From: an uncultured Bacillales bacterium
GTDB lineage: Bacteria; Bacillota_I; Bacilli_A; RFN20; CAG-826
NCBI GenBank assembly: GCA_947302535.1
Contig: CAMYVX010000002.1
Location: 7,341-71,340, forward strand
Direction of reading: 5' to 3'
Length of the DNA: 64,000 nucleotides
Positions 27,074 through 37,282 of this stretch are shown here, piece after piece (position 1 is the first letter of the stretch; each line of letters begins with the position of its first letter). A program made the translations under genes and the position numbers. Under the pieces are notes generated by a model. That model had not been told where the DNA came from and searched no databases. It saw nothing but the letters and a program-made list of their open reading frames with translations.

Positions 27074-28561
27074 ATGGAAAATAATGAACAAATAGAAAAG
27101 AAATCAAAACTTGATTTCTCTAAGTATGGTAAGGTTATCTCTTTCTTAGCTTTAGAAATAATCGCAATTATTTCTTTTTCTTTAGGGAATTCCTTTATCT
27201 TGTATACCTCGATTAGTGCGGTACTTTTCGTTCTTTTACTTTTAGTAACTTGGGTCGAAATTAAAAAAGAAGGCTATCCAACATTTGCATTCTTCTTAAT
27301 ACCAATATTAGCCTTCGGGCTATTTTGCGTTATCTCTAACTTTAATAAGGATGTGAATTATTCTCTTTCTGGTGGATTATCCGCTTTTGTTCCGATAGGA
27401 TTAGCGGTATTCCCTTGTTGTGGATATTTATTAGCCCATGAAAAGAACTTTAAGATTTCCCAAGCTTTATTAGTTATCTTTGTGGCGATTGGAGTTTATA
27501 CATTTATCAATTTCATCGGGACGATGATTCAATTCTCCCCTTTCCATACACTTAGATATGCGGATAAATATTTATTCTATAATGGTGAGATTGTTGAAAT
27601 CTCAGTAGGTAATATGGCTTATGCTTTAATTGGCTTTAGATTCCAAGAAGTGAGTATAGAGTATTATTTGATGTATCCTATTATTCTTTTAGTGTCTGGC
27701 ATTTTCCTTTTCTTTATTAAATATAAAGATAATAAGAAATTATTTATCACTTACGCTTGTTTAACTGGTTTAGCCTTTATTAGTATTCTTTTTTCCATTA
27801 CTAAATTTATGGCTATTATTTTAGCCTTACTTATTTATATCTATGTTCTGATTTTATTAACAGCGAAGAAGGTTCTTGACCTTAAATATACAAGAATCAT
27901 TTTCATTATTATGGGCGCTATTACGGGATTAGTCGTATTGGTCTTCTTATTGAACGCTCAAGCGATTGCTGGCTCTCCTATTAAATTTATTCAAGATCTT
28001 ATTAGCGGTAACGGCTTTTTAAATCGTGTCTTTAATGGTAATAGACTGGCTCTAAATTACAATATAGCCGCTGATGGACTTTTCTCAAAATTTAAATTAA
28101 ATGGTATTATGACAGGCCCGATTGAAGGTTATACCAATACCTATGATTTTTATGAATATTACCATGTGGAAGCAATCTCAAATACTAATTCATTCTTCTT
28201 TGATACTATTTTGACTTCTGGTACAATTGGACTTTTATTCCTGATTATTGTTGTTGGATTTATTATTTATTCAATTTATAAATATTGCAAAAATAGCCGC
28301 GATTTAATTGAAAATAAGGCTGTAATTACTGCTTTTATTAGCGGATTCTTCATCTACTCATTCGTTGCCTATGATATGTCATTGATGATTTTCAAGAGTG
28401 ATTTGTTCCCATTCTACACAAATAACTTATTTATTATTTCATTGATTCTAGTTGGTTATATGAATGTTCTTCCTTTAACTAGTGAAGTGGTTAAAAACGA
28501 AGCGCCAATTGAATCTACAATAATGAGCAAAGGAGGAGACAATGATGAAATCAGTTTCTAA
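27074..28561 (+). CDS. Polytopic membrane protein, possibly O-antigen ligase/polymerase-like
   Basis: About 12 TM helices, large loop, then NSFFFDTILTSGTIG (Wzy-like); lies next to a glycosyltransferase cluster. Confidence 0.6.
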   Translation: MENNEQIEKKSKLDFSKYGKVISFLALEIIAIISFSLGNSFILYTSISAVLFVLLLLVTWVEIKKEGYPTFAFFLIPILAFGLFCVISNFNKDVNYSLSGGLSAFVPIGLAVFPCCGYLLAHEKNFKISQALLVIFVAIGVYTFINFIGTMIQFSPFHTLRYADKYLFYNGEIVEISVGNMAYALIGFRFQEVSIEYYLMYPIILLVSGIFLFFIKYKDNKKLFITYACLTGLAFISILFSITKFMAIILALLIYIYVLILLTAKKVLDLKYTRIIFIIMGAITGLVVLVFLLNAQAIAGSPIKFIQDLISGNGFLNRVFNGNRLALNYNIAADGLFSKFKLNGIMTGPIEGYTNTYDFYEYYHVEAISNTNSFFFDTILTSGTIGLLFLIIVVGFIIYSIYKYCKNSRDLIENKAVITAFISGFFIYSFVAYDMSLMIFKSDLFPFYTNNLFIISLILVGYMNVLPLTSEVVKNEAPIESTIMSKGGDNDEISF

Positions 28562-29423
28562 GTGTTTATTAGTTCTTTCTAGCTTGCTTGTTACTTCTTG
28601 TGGATATCGTTTAAAGGAACTCTATAATTCGAACGATTACAATTCGATTTATTATTCTGAAAACTATGTCCGCACTAAAGTTGATGATTTTAAAGGGGCA
28701 AGTAGGAAAGAGATTAAGTTAGACCAAGAAGATAATTATGTCTTCACCTCTTTAAGCAATCCTCATTACACTCGTTATTTGTCTGATCCTGACCAAAGTG
28801 TTTATAAGCATTTGTTTGATAAAACTATTTCCATGATTCAAATCGATGATTCTTTTGAATATGGGATGAATTCCAAACTTTTTGATGGCTGGTGGGAATG
28901 TGGAAGTCATAATGAAAAAGCTCGTATACAAATTGATGAAGATGGCTTTGATATGAAATTTGAAAAGCAATGTCGTCAAAGACCCGATTATTTGATTCTT
29001 TCATTCCAAAGTGCGATTGGTGACATTCGTGATAAGTCTTTTAAGCAATATAACGCTAATGAACGTTATCCTAAAGAAAATCTATCATGTGAAGTCACTT
29101 TGAATATTGATTTTTATCTTCTTGAGAACAATAAGTATAGTTGTATCTCTTGTTCTTATGATATTGAAGAAAGAAAGTGCAACCAACTTGACTTTGTTTT
29201 CTTTGGCTTTGAATTAGGAGATAAGATTAACTTATCTTTATGCAAAGGCGTTTCTATTTCCTATAAGATTAAATCAATTAAAAATGGCGAAGAAGACGTC
29301 ACCGAAAAATATAATCACAAAATGGAAGACCTCGAAGGTCTAGATAAAAATACTTCTGAAAAAGTTTATGGCCATGCCTTATGGCTATATGAATTTTATT
29401 TAGCGAATTCTACTTGGCATTAG
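28542..29423 (+). CDS. Lipoprotein of unknown function
   Basis: Lipobox LVTSC after a short signal peptide. Confidence 0.7.
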   Translation: MMKSVSKCLLVLSSLLVTSCGYRLKELYNSNDYNSIYYSENYVRTKVDDFKGASRKEIKLDQEDNYVFTSLSNPHYTRYLSDPDQSVYKHLFDKTISMIQIDDSFEYGMNSKLFDGWWECGSHNEKARIQIDEDGFDMKFEKQCRQRPDYLILSFQSAIGDIRDKSFKQYNANERYPKENLSCEVTLNIDFYLLENNKYSCISCSYDIEERKCNQLDFVFFGFELGDKINLSLCKGVSISYKIKSIKNGEEDVTEKYNHKMEDLEGLDKNTSEKVYGHALWLYEFYLANSTWH

Positions 29424-30327
29424 TATTTTTACTAATATCAAGCCATTCACCCATTTCAAAGTCACATTTATCATCATCTAAAATAAGTGTTCCTTTTGCC
29501 GGAGTGAATGTCATCTCCGAAAGATAGATCTTTCCTTTGATGTTATATAAATCAACACGCACAAAAGGAAAAGGCTTAGCTAGTATTTCCGCCATCTCTA
29601 CCATATCGTTATAGTGAGGTGGCTTTTCTAATGGATAATCAGTTTTCTTCCAGCCATTAAATTGAGAGCCATCAAATGGAGTCCAATCAATATAATAATT
29701 GTTATAACGAATATCGACTCCACGGGAAGTAACAACATATAAAGAACGAGCTTTACCGTTAAATACGTGAATCTTATATTCAACTGGAAGCGGCTGACCT
29801 TCCTCTACTAGATATTTTTCAATAATTATTTGTGGTTTGATTTTGGCGTAGTGAAGCTCCACAGTCTTCTTTCCGTAATTAGTTTTAAGCCATTTATCAA
29901 ATTTCTTTTTTAATGCTTTTTTATCGATTTTGCTTTTATCTTTGCAAATATAATTGAAAGCGCATGCATGGGAACATTTCATGACAAATTGATCTGGAAG
30001 TTTATCAAAATCAATTTCATCAAAACTATCAAAAACACCGTAAATTGGGATTAATTTATCACAAAATCCCTTTTTTTTCGCATATTCTCTTAGACCTACT
30101 CTTCCTGCACATTGGCTTACTAAGTCATCATGAGGATAGACAAATAAACGAAGATATTGAAGCTTCTCTGTGTAGCGGGTTGGATTAGTCAAATCTAATT
30201 TATGATGGGTGATATATTTGTATTGATATTTAACGTATGCAGTTTTAGATATACCTTTTACGATATTACGGAAAGGGGCTACTAAGGCACGTTTAAATTT
30301 ATTCTCTTTCAGGTTCGGATTGCTCAT
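29410..30327 (-). CDS. ATP-grasp fold amidoligase, TupA-like (polysaccharide modification)
   Basis: YTEKLQ, LPDQFVMKCSHA, PQIIIEKYL, EYKIHVFNGK, FVRVDLY, EMTFTP. Confidence 0.88.
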   Translation of the reverse strand: MSNPNLKENKFKRALVAPFRNIVKGISKTAYVKYQYKYITHHKLDLTNPTRYTEKLQYLRLFVYPHDDLVSQCAGRVGLREYAKKKGFCDKLIPIYGVFDSFDEIDFDKLPDQFVMKCSHACAFNYICKDKSKIDKKALKKKFDKWLKTNYGKKTVELHYAKIKPQIIIEKYLVEEGQPLPVEYKIHVFNGKARSLYVVTSRGVDIRYNNYYIDWTPFDGSQFNGWKKTDYPLEKPPHYNDMVEMAEILAKPFPFVRVDLYNIKGKIYLSEMTFTPAKGTLILDDDKCDFEMGEWLDISKNTNAK

Positions 30328-31846
30328 TGTTGTTTCCCTTCTTCTTTCTAATAAATGAATAGACTAAGTCCTCTTTTAATAAAGCACATGTGATGATGTA
30401 GATAATAGCATCGATAATGACAATAATGCTCATTTGCAAGATATAAGATAAACCTGTTTCTAGATTCATCGTCTTCCATAATGCTTGTAGTGGGAAATAT
30501 AAAGCAAAAGATGTTCCCACTAGAACTAGATTAGCAATGATTAGCTTTAATGTATTTTTGTTAAAAATAGCGCGGCCACTGTATTTCCATGTAATGCTAA
30601 CTAAGAAGATAAAAATGGTGATATCGGTAACAACAGTCCCAATAGCCACACCGATAGCGGGCATATGAACACCGTTATAAACAAAGTTTCTTCCAAGAAT
30701 AATTGATAAGGCAATATTTAAAACTGTCCCTAGACCAATGGCAATGAGATAATATTTCTCTTTTTTGGTTGGAAGCAAAATATCACCATAAATGATGTCC
30801 GCTAAAGAGTATGTAATCATCATTGGAGAAAGAATCATTAAAATATATGGAGCGGAAAAATATTCAGCACTAGTTTGACTGAAGTCGTAACTACCAGAGA
30901 TTAATCCGCAAATTTCCTTTGCTAATATTGTCATCGTAACAATAGCAGGGAGAATAATGAATAGTGCGATGTTGATCGCATATTTATTGTTGTTATGGAA
31001 AAAGCGTTTATCTTCTTTGCTATAGTAATAAGCGCTTCGAGGGATAAATACAGTAGATAAGGCTGTGATAATACCAATAATGATATCAATACCTTTAATA
31101 CCAACAGAGTAGCTAGCTACTTGTATTTTTTCTTCATCAATAAAACCGAGAATAAAGGTGTCTGTTTGATTATAAAACGACACTAGTAAAGATAATGTAC
31201 AAAGTATGGATAATGGTTTTATGAATTCCTTAAAAGAGTATGGAAGTGTTTTCTTAAAAGAAACATAACGATGTATATAAAACACATTACAAACAGTGGT
31301 AATGACGGTTGTAAGAATAGCAATAAAAGCATAGATATAAATATCTTCTGGAGTATTTACGAAAGCGATAATAAGGATGGCGGTTATTGTTAATGTAGCG
31401 ATGCTACGAACAGACATGTAGAATTGCTTTTCTAAAGCAATATATACCCATTCAAAAGAGAAAACTCCAGCCAAGAAGTTAATAGAAAGAATAAATATCA
31501 AAGATGATTCTTGTCTTAACTGTGGAACGGAAAAAACAACCGTACACATTAAAGCGAAAGAAATTAAAGTAGTGATTAATTGAATTAAAAAGAAGAGTTG
31601 AACCTTGTTTGATAATTTTTCTTTGTCATCACGTACTTTGACGCATTCTCTAACAGCTAGATTGGGTAAACCAACTTTAGCCAAAATTAAAAAATAAGCA
31701 ACAAAAGTATTAGCCCATGTGTAAGTACCGACAGCCCCTTCGGACAAATAACGACAAACCCATGGGAAAGTAATGAATGATAAGAATGTCAGAACCACAG
31801 TTCTAACGATATTAACAATAACGTTAGTGCGAATATTATCGTTCAT
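30299..31846 (-). CDS. Oligosaccharide flippase (Wzx)
   Basis: FITFPWVCRYL, multi-TM MOP-type pattern; located in the polysaccharide locus. Confidence 0.88.
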   Translation of the reverse strand: MNDNIRTNVIVNIVRTVVLTFLSFITFPWVCRYLSEGAVGTYTWANTFVAYFLILAKVGLPNLAVRECVKVRDDKEKLSNKVQLFFLIQLITTLISFALMCTVVFSVPQLRQESSLIFILSINFLAGVFSFEWVYIALEKQFYMSVRSIATLTITAILIIAFVNTPEDIYIYAFIAILTTVITTVCNVFYIHRYVSFKKTLPYSFKEFIKPLSILCTLSLLVSFYNQTDTFILGFIDEEKIQVASYSVGIKGIDIIIGIITALSTVFIPRSAYYYSKEDKRFFHNNNKYAINIALFIILPAIVTMTILAKEICGLISGSYDFSQTSAEYFSAPYILMILSPMMITYSLADIIYGDILLPTKKEKYYLIAIGLGTVLNIALSIILGRNFVYNGVHMPAIGVAIGTVVTDITIFIFLVSITWKYSGRAIFNKNTLKLIIANLVLVGTSFALYFPLQALWKTMNLETGLSYILQMSIIVIIDAIIYIITCALLKEDLVYSFIRKKKGNNNEQSEPERE

Positions 31847-31923
31847 GTGTATCATTATATTTTTTTTGCACGTAAAACAAAAGTTTTATTATTTATTAAT
31901 CGCATTACTATATAATGATTGCT

Positions 31924-33117
31924 ATGAAGATTTTAATTGTCTGTCAATTCTATTATCCAGAAAACTTCGTGATTTATAAAATCGCCGAGGAATTAGTTAA
32001 ACGTGGACATGAAGTGGACGTTTTAACTGGTAAACCAAATTATGGGTATGGCTTTATTATTCCTGAATATAAAAAAGTTAAAGAAGAAAAAATTAATGGT
32101 GTCAATGTTCACCGTGTCAAATTAAAAGCTAGAAAACATTCACGTTTATCTATCATTTCCAACTACTTATCATTTTGGAAAAATTCTAAAAAATGGGTAA
32201 AAAAGTGCCGAATTAAGTATGATATTGTGTATTCTATGTCTCTTTCTCCTGTGACTATCTTGTCCGCTGGAGACTTATACAAAAAGAAATATAATGTCCC
32301 TCACGTTGTCCATTGTGTTGATCTTTGGCCTGAATCCGCAACCATTACTGGAGCAGTTAAAAGAAAATCCATTTTCTATAAAATTTTATATAAGTGGAGC
32401 CATGACTTATATGAACCCGTAGATGAAGTTTTATTAGGTTCTCCTTCTTACGAAGATTATTTCAAGAATGTTTTAAAGTTTCCTGACAAAAAATATTGTT
32501 ATATTCCTCAACCTTCATTAGTGGAAAAAAGCGATATTGCTTCTTTTGAATTTGATAAAGATTACTGCAATATTTTGTATTGCGGTAATTTAGGAACAAT
32601 ACAGCTCATTCCTTTGATTCCTAAAGCTATGAATCTTTTGAGGGATGAAAAAATTAAATTCCATATAATCGGTATGGGACCAATGGAAAATAAACTTAAA
32701 GATTTAATTGATGAGTATCATCTTGAAGATACAGTCATTTATCATGGGCCAATGATTGCTAGTGAAGCCAGCGCCTATTTTAAAGGAGCCGATGCTTTAT
32801 ATGTCTCTTTAAAAGGAGAAGGCGCGATTGGAAAGACCATTCCTAATAAATTAGTGATGTCTATGTCTTTTGCTAAACCAATAATTGCGGTATTAGAAGG
32901 AGATGGAGAAATGATTCTTAGAGAATCTCAAGGTGGTTTGTTCTCTAGTGATAATCCGTTAGATTTAGCGAGAACAATTAAAGAATTTACTCATTTAAAT
33001 AAGTCACAAAAAGAAAAAATGGGTCAGAATAATCTAACCTATTTTGAAGATAATTTAACTTGTAAAAAAGTTGTTGATAAGATTGAAAGAGAATTACTTA
33101 ATAATATTAGAAGCTAG
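31924..33117 (+). CDS. Glycosyltransferase family 4
   Basis: CQFYYPE, VLTGKPNY, DLWPES, YCGNLG, PNKL. Confidence 0.9.
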   Translation: MKILIVCQFYYPENFVIYKIAEELVKRGHEVDVLTGKPNYGYGFIIPEYKKVKEEKINGVNVHRVKLKARKHSRLSIISNYLSFWKNSKKWVKKCRIKYDIVYSMSLSPVTILSAGDLYKKKYNVPHVVHCVDLWPESATITGAVKRKSIFYKILYKWSHDLYEPVDEVLLGSPSYEDYFKNVLKFPDKKYCYIPQPSLVEKSDIASFEFDKDYCNILYCGNLGTIQLIPLIPKAMNLLRDEKIKFHIIGMGPMENKLKDLIDEYHLEDTVIYHGPMIASEASAYFKGADALYVSLKGEGAIGKTIPNKLVMSMSFAKPIIAVLEGDGEMILRESQGGLFSSDNPLDLARTIKEFTHLNKSQKEKMGQNNLTYFEDNLTCKKVVDKIERELLNNIRS

Positions 33118-34251
33118 GAATTCACTAATTTGTTTCCCAACGGTGCTTAACGAATATAGTTTAAGCACTTTTTCTTTACCTTTTTCACCTAAGGCTTTTC
33201 TTTCTTCTTGAGTGAGCTCTAAACAGTGATTTAAAGCAAAATAAAGATCTTCCACTTGGCTAGATTTAGCCCAAATGATTTCTTCAGGGAATTTCTTCAT
33301 GAGTTTACTATTCTTAACAGAAATGACTGGCTGCCCACTTCTTAGATATTCCAAGGTTTTGCTAGGTATAGAAAAGCGATCTAAATCTTCAGAATAAGGG
33401 CGAGGATTAATATTGGCTAAAGCATTCATTTCTAACTTCAGCACTTCTTTGTTGATAAGACATTTCAAGAAGTGGATGCGTTTATCTCCCCCAATAGTTT
33501 TCTTTAATGTTTCTTCGTCATAATGATGACCACAAATGAGTAAATTTATGTCCTTTTGCGGGAGTTTTTTGAAAGAATTGATTAAATCGTAAACACCATA
33601 ACGTTTCATCAATGCTCCACCAAGGAAGAAATATTTCCCATACTTGTTGTCTATTCTTTCTGGCAATTTTTCTTCAACAATACCCTCCACAATTAAAGAA
33701 GGTTTTTGGCTAGCATTAAATAAATCATTGAGTTCTTTTGTTAGAGAAATATATCCATCTAAGTTCTTGCTTTGATTAAACAAATAGAGCGTATAATTTC
33801 TTGAAGTACCCGAAATATTACTTGGAGAATCTGTACATAAACCGACTACTGGAAGATGGTATTTCTTTTTGATTTTATTAGCCAAAGCAATAGTCTTTGG
33901 ATTTATTGTATCTGTTAATATTATTGTATCTTCCAAGGATAGGCTCTTGATTAGTTTAGAGGCTTGTCTTTTAAATGAAACATTCCTAAATAAACGATAA
34001 GGAGTAACTTTTAAATAGTGATATGTAACATTATCTTTTATTGTTTTTGCCCTATATAATCTAGTTAACCCACACTTAGTAATAGAAAAAGGACGTAATG
34101 ATAGAACATCAACATGATGATATTTTCCTAAAGCCCTTATAACTTTGTTATGGAAATTTTGATTAGATGAATTTAAAGGAATTTTCCAAAGCTTTTGAAA
34201 GTCTGGATAATCGTCTTCACATAAAGATGTCGTAATATAAATTATCTTCAT
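33094..34251 (-). CDS. Glycosyltransferase (GT-B, family 4-like)
   Basis: INPRP....FSIPSKTLEYLRSGQPVIS. Confidence 0.85.
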   Translation of the reverse strand: MKIIYITTSLCEDDYPDFQKLWKIPLNSSNQNFHNKVIRALGKYHHVDVLSLRPFSITKCGLTRLYRAKTIKDNVTYHYLKVTPYRLFRNVSFKRQASKLIKSLSLEDTIILTDTINPKTIALANKIKKKYHLPVVGLCTDSPSNISGTSRNYTLYLFNQSKNLDGYISLTKELNDLFNASQKPSLIVEGIVEEKLPERIDNKYGKYFFLGGALMKRYGVYDLINSFKKLPQKDINLLICGHHYDEETLKKTIGGDKRIHFLKCLINKEVLKLEMNALANINPRPYSEDLDRFSIPSKTLEYLRSGQPVISVKNSKLMKKFPEEIIWAKSSQVEDLYFALNHCLELTQEERKALGEKGKEKVLKLYSLSTVGKQISEFLASNIIK

Positions 34252-35339
34252 TTTATTATTTCCTTAAATATATTTAAGTGGACTTCGATTGATTTTTCAA
34301 TAGTGTTTTCTTTTGCGGTTTTAATAGCCGCTTCAGCCATATTTACGTCAATCTTACTTATAGCGGTTTTAATTTGTTCCTCATCATCTAAAAAAACAAG
34401 ATAGCCATTTTCATTTTCTTTAATAAGATGTTTGGCTCCAATTATTTTATTGCTCGCTATTACTGGTAGACCATTAGCAAAAGCTTCGTTAATTGTATGA
34501 CCATAGATATCCTCTTTACTTAATGTAATATGGAAATCACAGCCTCTTAAAATTTTAAACAGTTCATCTTTTGCCTTAAACGGCATTAGTGTGACATTCT
34601 TGAAGTTATTATCCTGAATATATCTTTTATATTCGTTTTCTAACTCTCCTGAACCAATTAATAAAAGATGAGCGTCAACATCTTTAAATATATTCATTAA
34701 TTGAATGTTGTTTTTTCTTTCAATGAATTGTGAGTAGTTAACAAATATTCTCTTATCTAAAGGAAGATTATATTCTTCTCTAATTAGTCTTTTTTCATTA
34801 CTATCCACAGGATAAGGAATTACTTCTTTATCTAGGATAGTGCTATATGGGTAATGATAAATATGACAGTCATCAGAGAGATATTGTTTAAGATAACTAT
34901 CAGCCTCTATCGCAGGAGAAAAAGCATATTGAACATTCTTCAATAGTTTTCTTTTAAACCTTCTTTTAAAGCCGCTCTCTTTATGAGTGATACCGCCATT
35001 GATATAAAAAGCAAAACCTATATGCTTTTTGTTCATATAACGAATAGCTTTTATTTCGCTGATCTTCGAGAAGCCATTCATGATAATCAAATCATATGTT
35101 TTATAATTGTTTGCAATATACTTTTTTAATTCGCTAGAACAGCAATTTTCATTACCAAAATAACCTTTCTTACCAAAGTGTACTGAGAAGTTATATTCGT
35201 TTAGATAATAAAAATCATCTGGACGATCTTTAGCTTTTGTCCTTTCAAAGAAAACATCAAGGTCCAAATATTTAGCTAGTTCATTGAAGACTCTTACTTT
35301 GTAAGGGGCCGGATGATTAAATACCCATAAGATTTTCAT
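34248..35339 (-). CDS. Glycosyltransferase family 4
   Basis: PAPYKV, FIERKN, EDIYGHTINEAFANGLPVIAS. Confidence 0.88.
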   Translation of the reverse strand: MKILWVFNHPAPYKVRVFNELAKYLDLDVFFERTKAKDRPDDFYYLNEYNFSVHFGKKGYFGNENCCSSELKKYIANNYKTYDLIIMNGFSKISEIKAIRYMNKKHIGFAFYINGGITHKESGFKRRFKRKLLKNVQYAFSPAIEADSYLKQYLSDDCHIYHYPYSTILDKEVIPYPVDSNEKRLIREEYNLPLDKRIFVNYSQFIERKNNIQLMNIFKDVDAHLLLIGSGELENEYKRYIQDNNFKNVTLMPFKAKDELFKILRGCDFHITLSKEDIYGHTINEAFANGLPVIASNKIIGAKHLIKENENGYLVFLDDEEQIKTAISKIDVNMAEAAIKTAKENTIEKSIEVHLNIFKEIIK

Positions 35340-35401
35340 ATAACAATCTTATCGTAGTCTAGTTTTATAAAGAAGAAAAAAATGATATCATTTTTATACT
35401 T

Positions 35402-36064
35402 ATGGAAACCTGGACAGAGTTTTTTGAAAGCATTAAGAACAAAGATTATTGTATTATACTTCACAGATTTCTTGATGAAGAATACAAGAATCACCGCATT
35501 TTTCCACCTCGTTTAGAAATGTTCACTGCTTTTAAACTAACACCACTAAAAGAGGTTAAAGTTGTTATTATTGGTCAAGACCCTTATCACGAGGTTAATC
35601 AGGCTATGGGATTATCTTTTTCAGTGAAAAAAGGAATTAAAGTCCCACCCTCTTTAATTAATATATATAAGGAAATAGAAGATGAATATCATATCACCCT
35701 TAATAAAAACGAAGGTGATTTATCTTTATGGGCTAAACAAGGTGTCTTGTTATTGAACTCCATTTTAAGTGTAAGAGAAGCTCAACCAATGAGTCACGAT
35801 ATTATTGAATATCGTTTATTCTTTGAAGATGTTTTAAATGAACTCGATAAACATAATCAGCCGATGGTATTTATGCTCTGGGGAAGTTCTTCTAGGAAAC
35901 TTAAAAAGTTTATCAATAATCCTCATCATTTGGTCTTAGAATCTGTTCACCCTTCTCCTTTATCCGCGAATAGAGGAGGATGGTTTGGTAATAACCATTT
36001 TAAAAAGTGTAACGATTTTCTCATTGCTAATAATGTTTCGCCTATAGATTGGAGTAAGAAATAA
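35402..36064 (+). CDS. ung: Uracil-DNA glycosylase
   Basis: GQDPYH, GLSFS, PPSLINI, QGVLLLN, HPSPLS. Confidence 0.96.
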   Translation: METWTEFFESIKNKDYCIILHRFLDEEYKNHRIFPPRLEMFTAFKLTPLKEVKVVIIGQDPYHEVNQAMGLSFSVKKGIKVPPSLINIYKEIEDEYHITLNKNEGDLSLWAKQGVLLLNSILSVREAQPMSHDIIEYRLFFEDVLNELDKHNQPMVFMLWGSSSRKLKKFINNPHHLVLESVHPSPLSANRGGWFGNNHFKKCNDFLIANNVSPIDWSKK

Positions 36065-36094
36065 GATAGTAAAAATTTAAGAATTGTAATATAG

Positions 36095-36210
36095 TATTTA
36101 TCGGGAGCTAAGCGAACTTGGCTGAGAGGATTCTTCTTCGAATCGACCGTACCTGATCCAGATAATGCTGGCGTAGGAAAATTTGTTTTGTCCTCCGCCA
36201 CAGGAGGTTT
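36095..36210 (+). promoter_or_regulatory. TPP riboswitch with SD-sequestering hairpin
   Basis: GGGAGC...GCTGAGAGG...GACCGTACCTGATCCAGATAATGCTGGCGTAGGAA core; CCTCC/GGAGG hairpin covers the RBS of thiT. Confidence 0.92.
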
Positions 36211-36216
36211 TATTTT

Positions 36217-37224
36217 ATGAAAGAAAAAAAACAAAAAAAGTGGGTTTTTAACTTATTTTTTGAGCAAAATGCCCATATTTTGATTCCTATGATGGGAACA
36301 CTTGCCTTACTTTGTTTCTTTAATCCATTCCTTTCTTTTAAGTTAAAGATCGATGGGGTGAAGAGCGAATATTTTATTAGTATCGTTGAATTGATAGAGT
36401 CATATTCAAGAGAACTTTGGGTCGTTTATCTAGTTCTTTCTTTAACCTTTGTCGGAATTGTTTTTGCTTCTTTATCGAAAAAGATGAAAGACGCAGATGT
36501 CATAGCGGGATTCTCTTTCTTTATGGCATTTATATTAATGTTCTTTGTGCGTGAGATTTTTTCTAATGCTGGGCTTGAAAACTTCTATTCTGCATCTTTT
36601 GAAATAGCTACTGGTTGGATTGTATTTCTCTTAGCTTTATGCGTCGGAGGATGTTTGGTTATATCTTCTTTGAAGAATACTTATACTGTCCGTATGATGA
36701 GCGAAGATGGAGTTTTAATTGCAACAGCATTCGTTCTTAATTTTATTAAGATTGATTTAATTCCAGGAGCTGGTTCTTTTAATTTGCAGTTCCTTCCCTT
36801 ATTTCTTATTGCCTTAAGAAGAAATGCTTTTTATAGCTTTATTGCTGGCGGTATTATATATGGCCTTCTTACATGTTTCACAGATGGATATGGCTTTATG
36901 TTTTATCCATTAGATTATTTAGTTGGATTTGGTTCTATTATTTTCTTGTCAATCTTTAGAAAATTCATTTTAACAAAAGAAGAGAAGGTTAATATTAGAA
37001 TCAGTATTTTCCTTTTTGTTGGCTGCTTTTTGGCGACGTTCGTTAGATTTGCTGGTTCCACATTATCTTCAATTATCAATTACAATTACACCTTCCAAAG
37101 TGCTCTTTTATACAATTTAACTTATATCCCTCTTTCTGGTTTGGTGCCTTTCTTAATCATTCTTATTCTTTTTAAATATGTGGTTCGCTACAACAATAAG
37201 ATGAATAAACTACAAGGTGTCTAA
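36217..37224 (+). CDS. thiT: ECF thiamine S-component ThiT with an extra N-terminal membrane domain
   Basis: C-terminal half: GSFNLQFLPL, YPLDYLVGF, RFAGSTLS, YNLTY; TPP riboswitch upstream. Confidence 0.8.
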   Translation: MKEKKQKKWVFNLFFEQNAHILIPMMGTLALLCFFNPFLSFKLKIDGVKSEYFISIVELIESYSRELWVVYLVLSLTFVGIVFASLSKKMKDADVIAGFSFFMAFILMFFVREIFSNAGLENFYSASFEIATGWIVFLLALCVGGCLVISSLKNTYTVRMMSEDGVLIATAFVLNFIKIDLIPGAGSFNLQFLPLFLIALRRNAFYSFIAGGIIYGLLTCFTDGYGFMFYPLDYLVGFGSIIFLSIFRKFILTKEEKVNIRISIFLFVGCFLATFVRFAGSTLSSIINYNYTFQSALLYNLTYIPLSGLVPFLIILILFKYVVRYNNKMNKLQGV

Positions 37225-37282
37225 TTGTTTGCTATCCGTTTCTAATAAAATATGCTATATTTATTAGCAACGAGGAATATTT

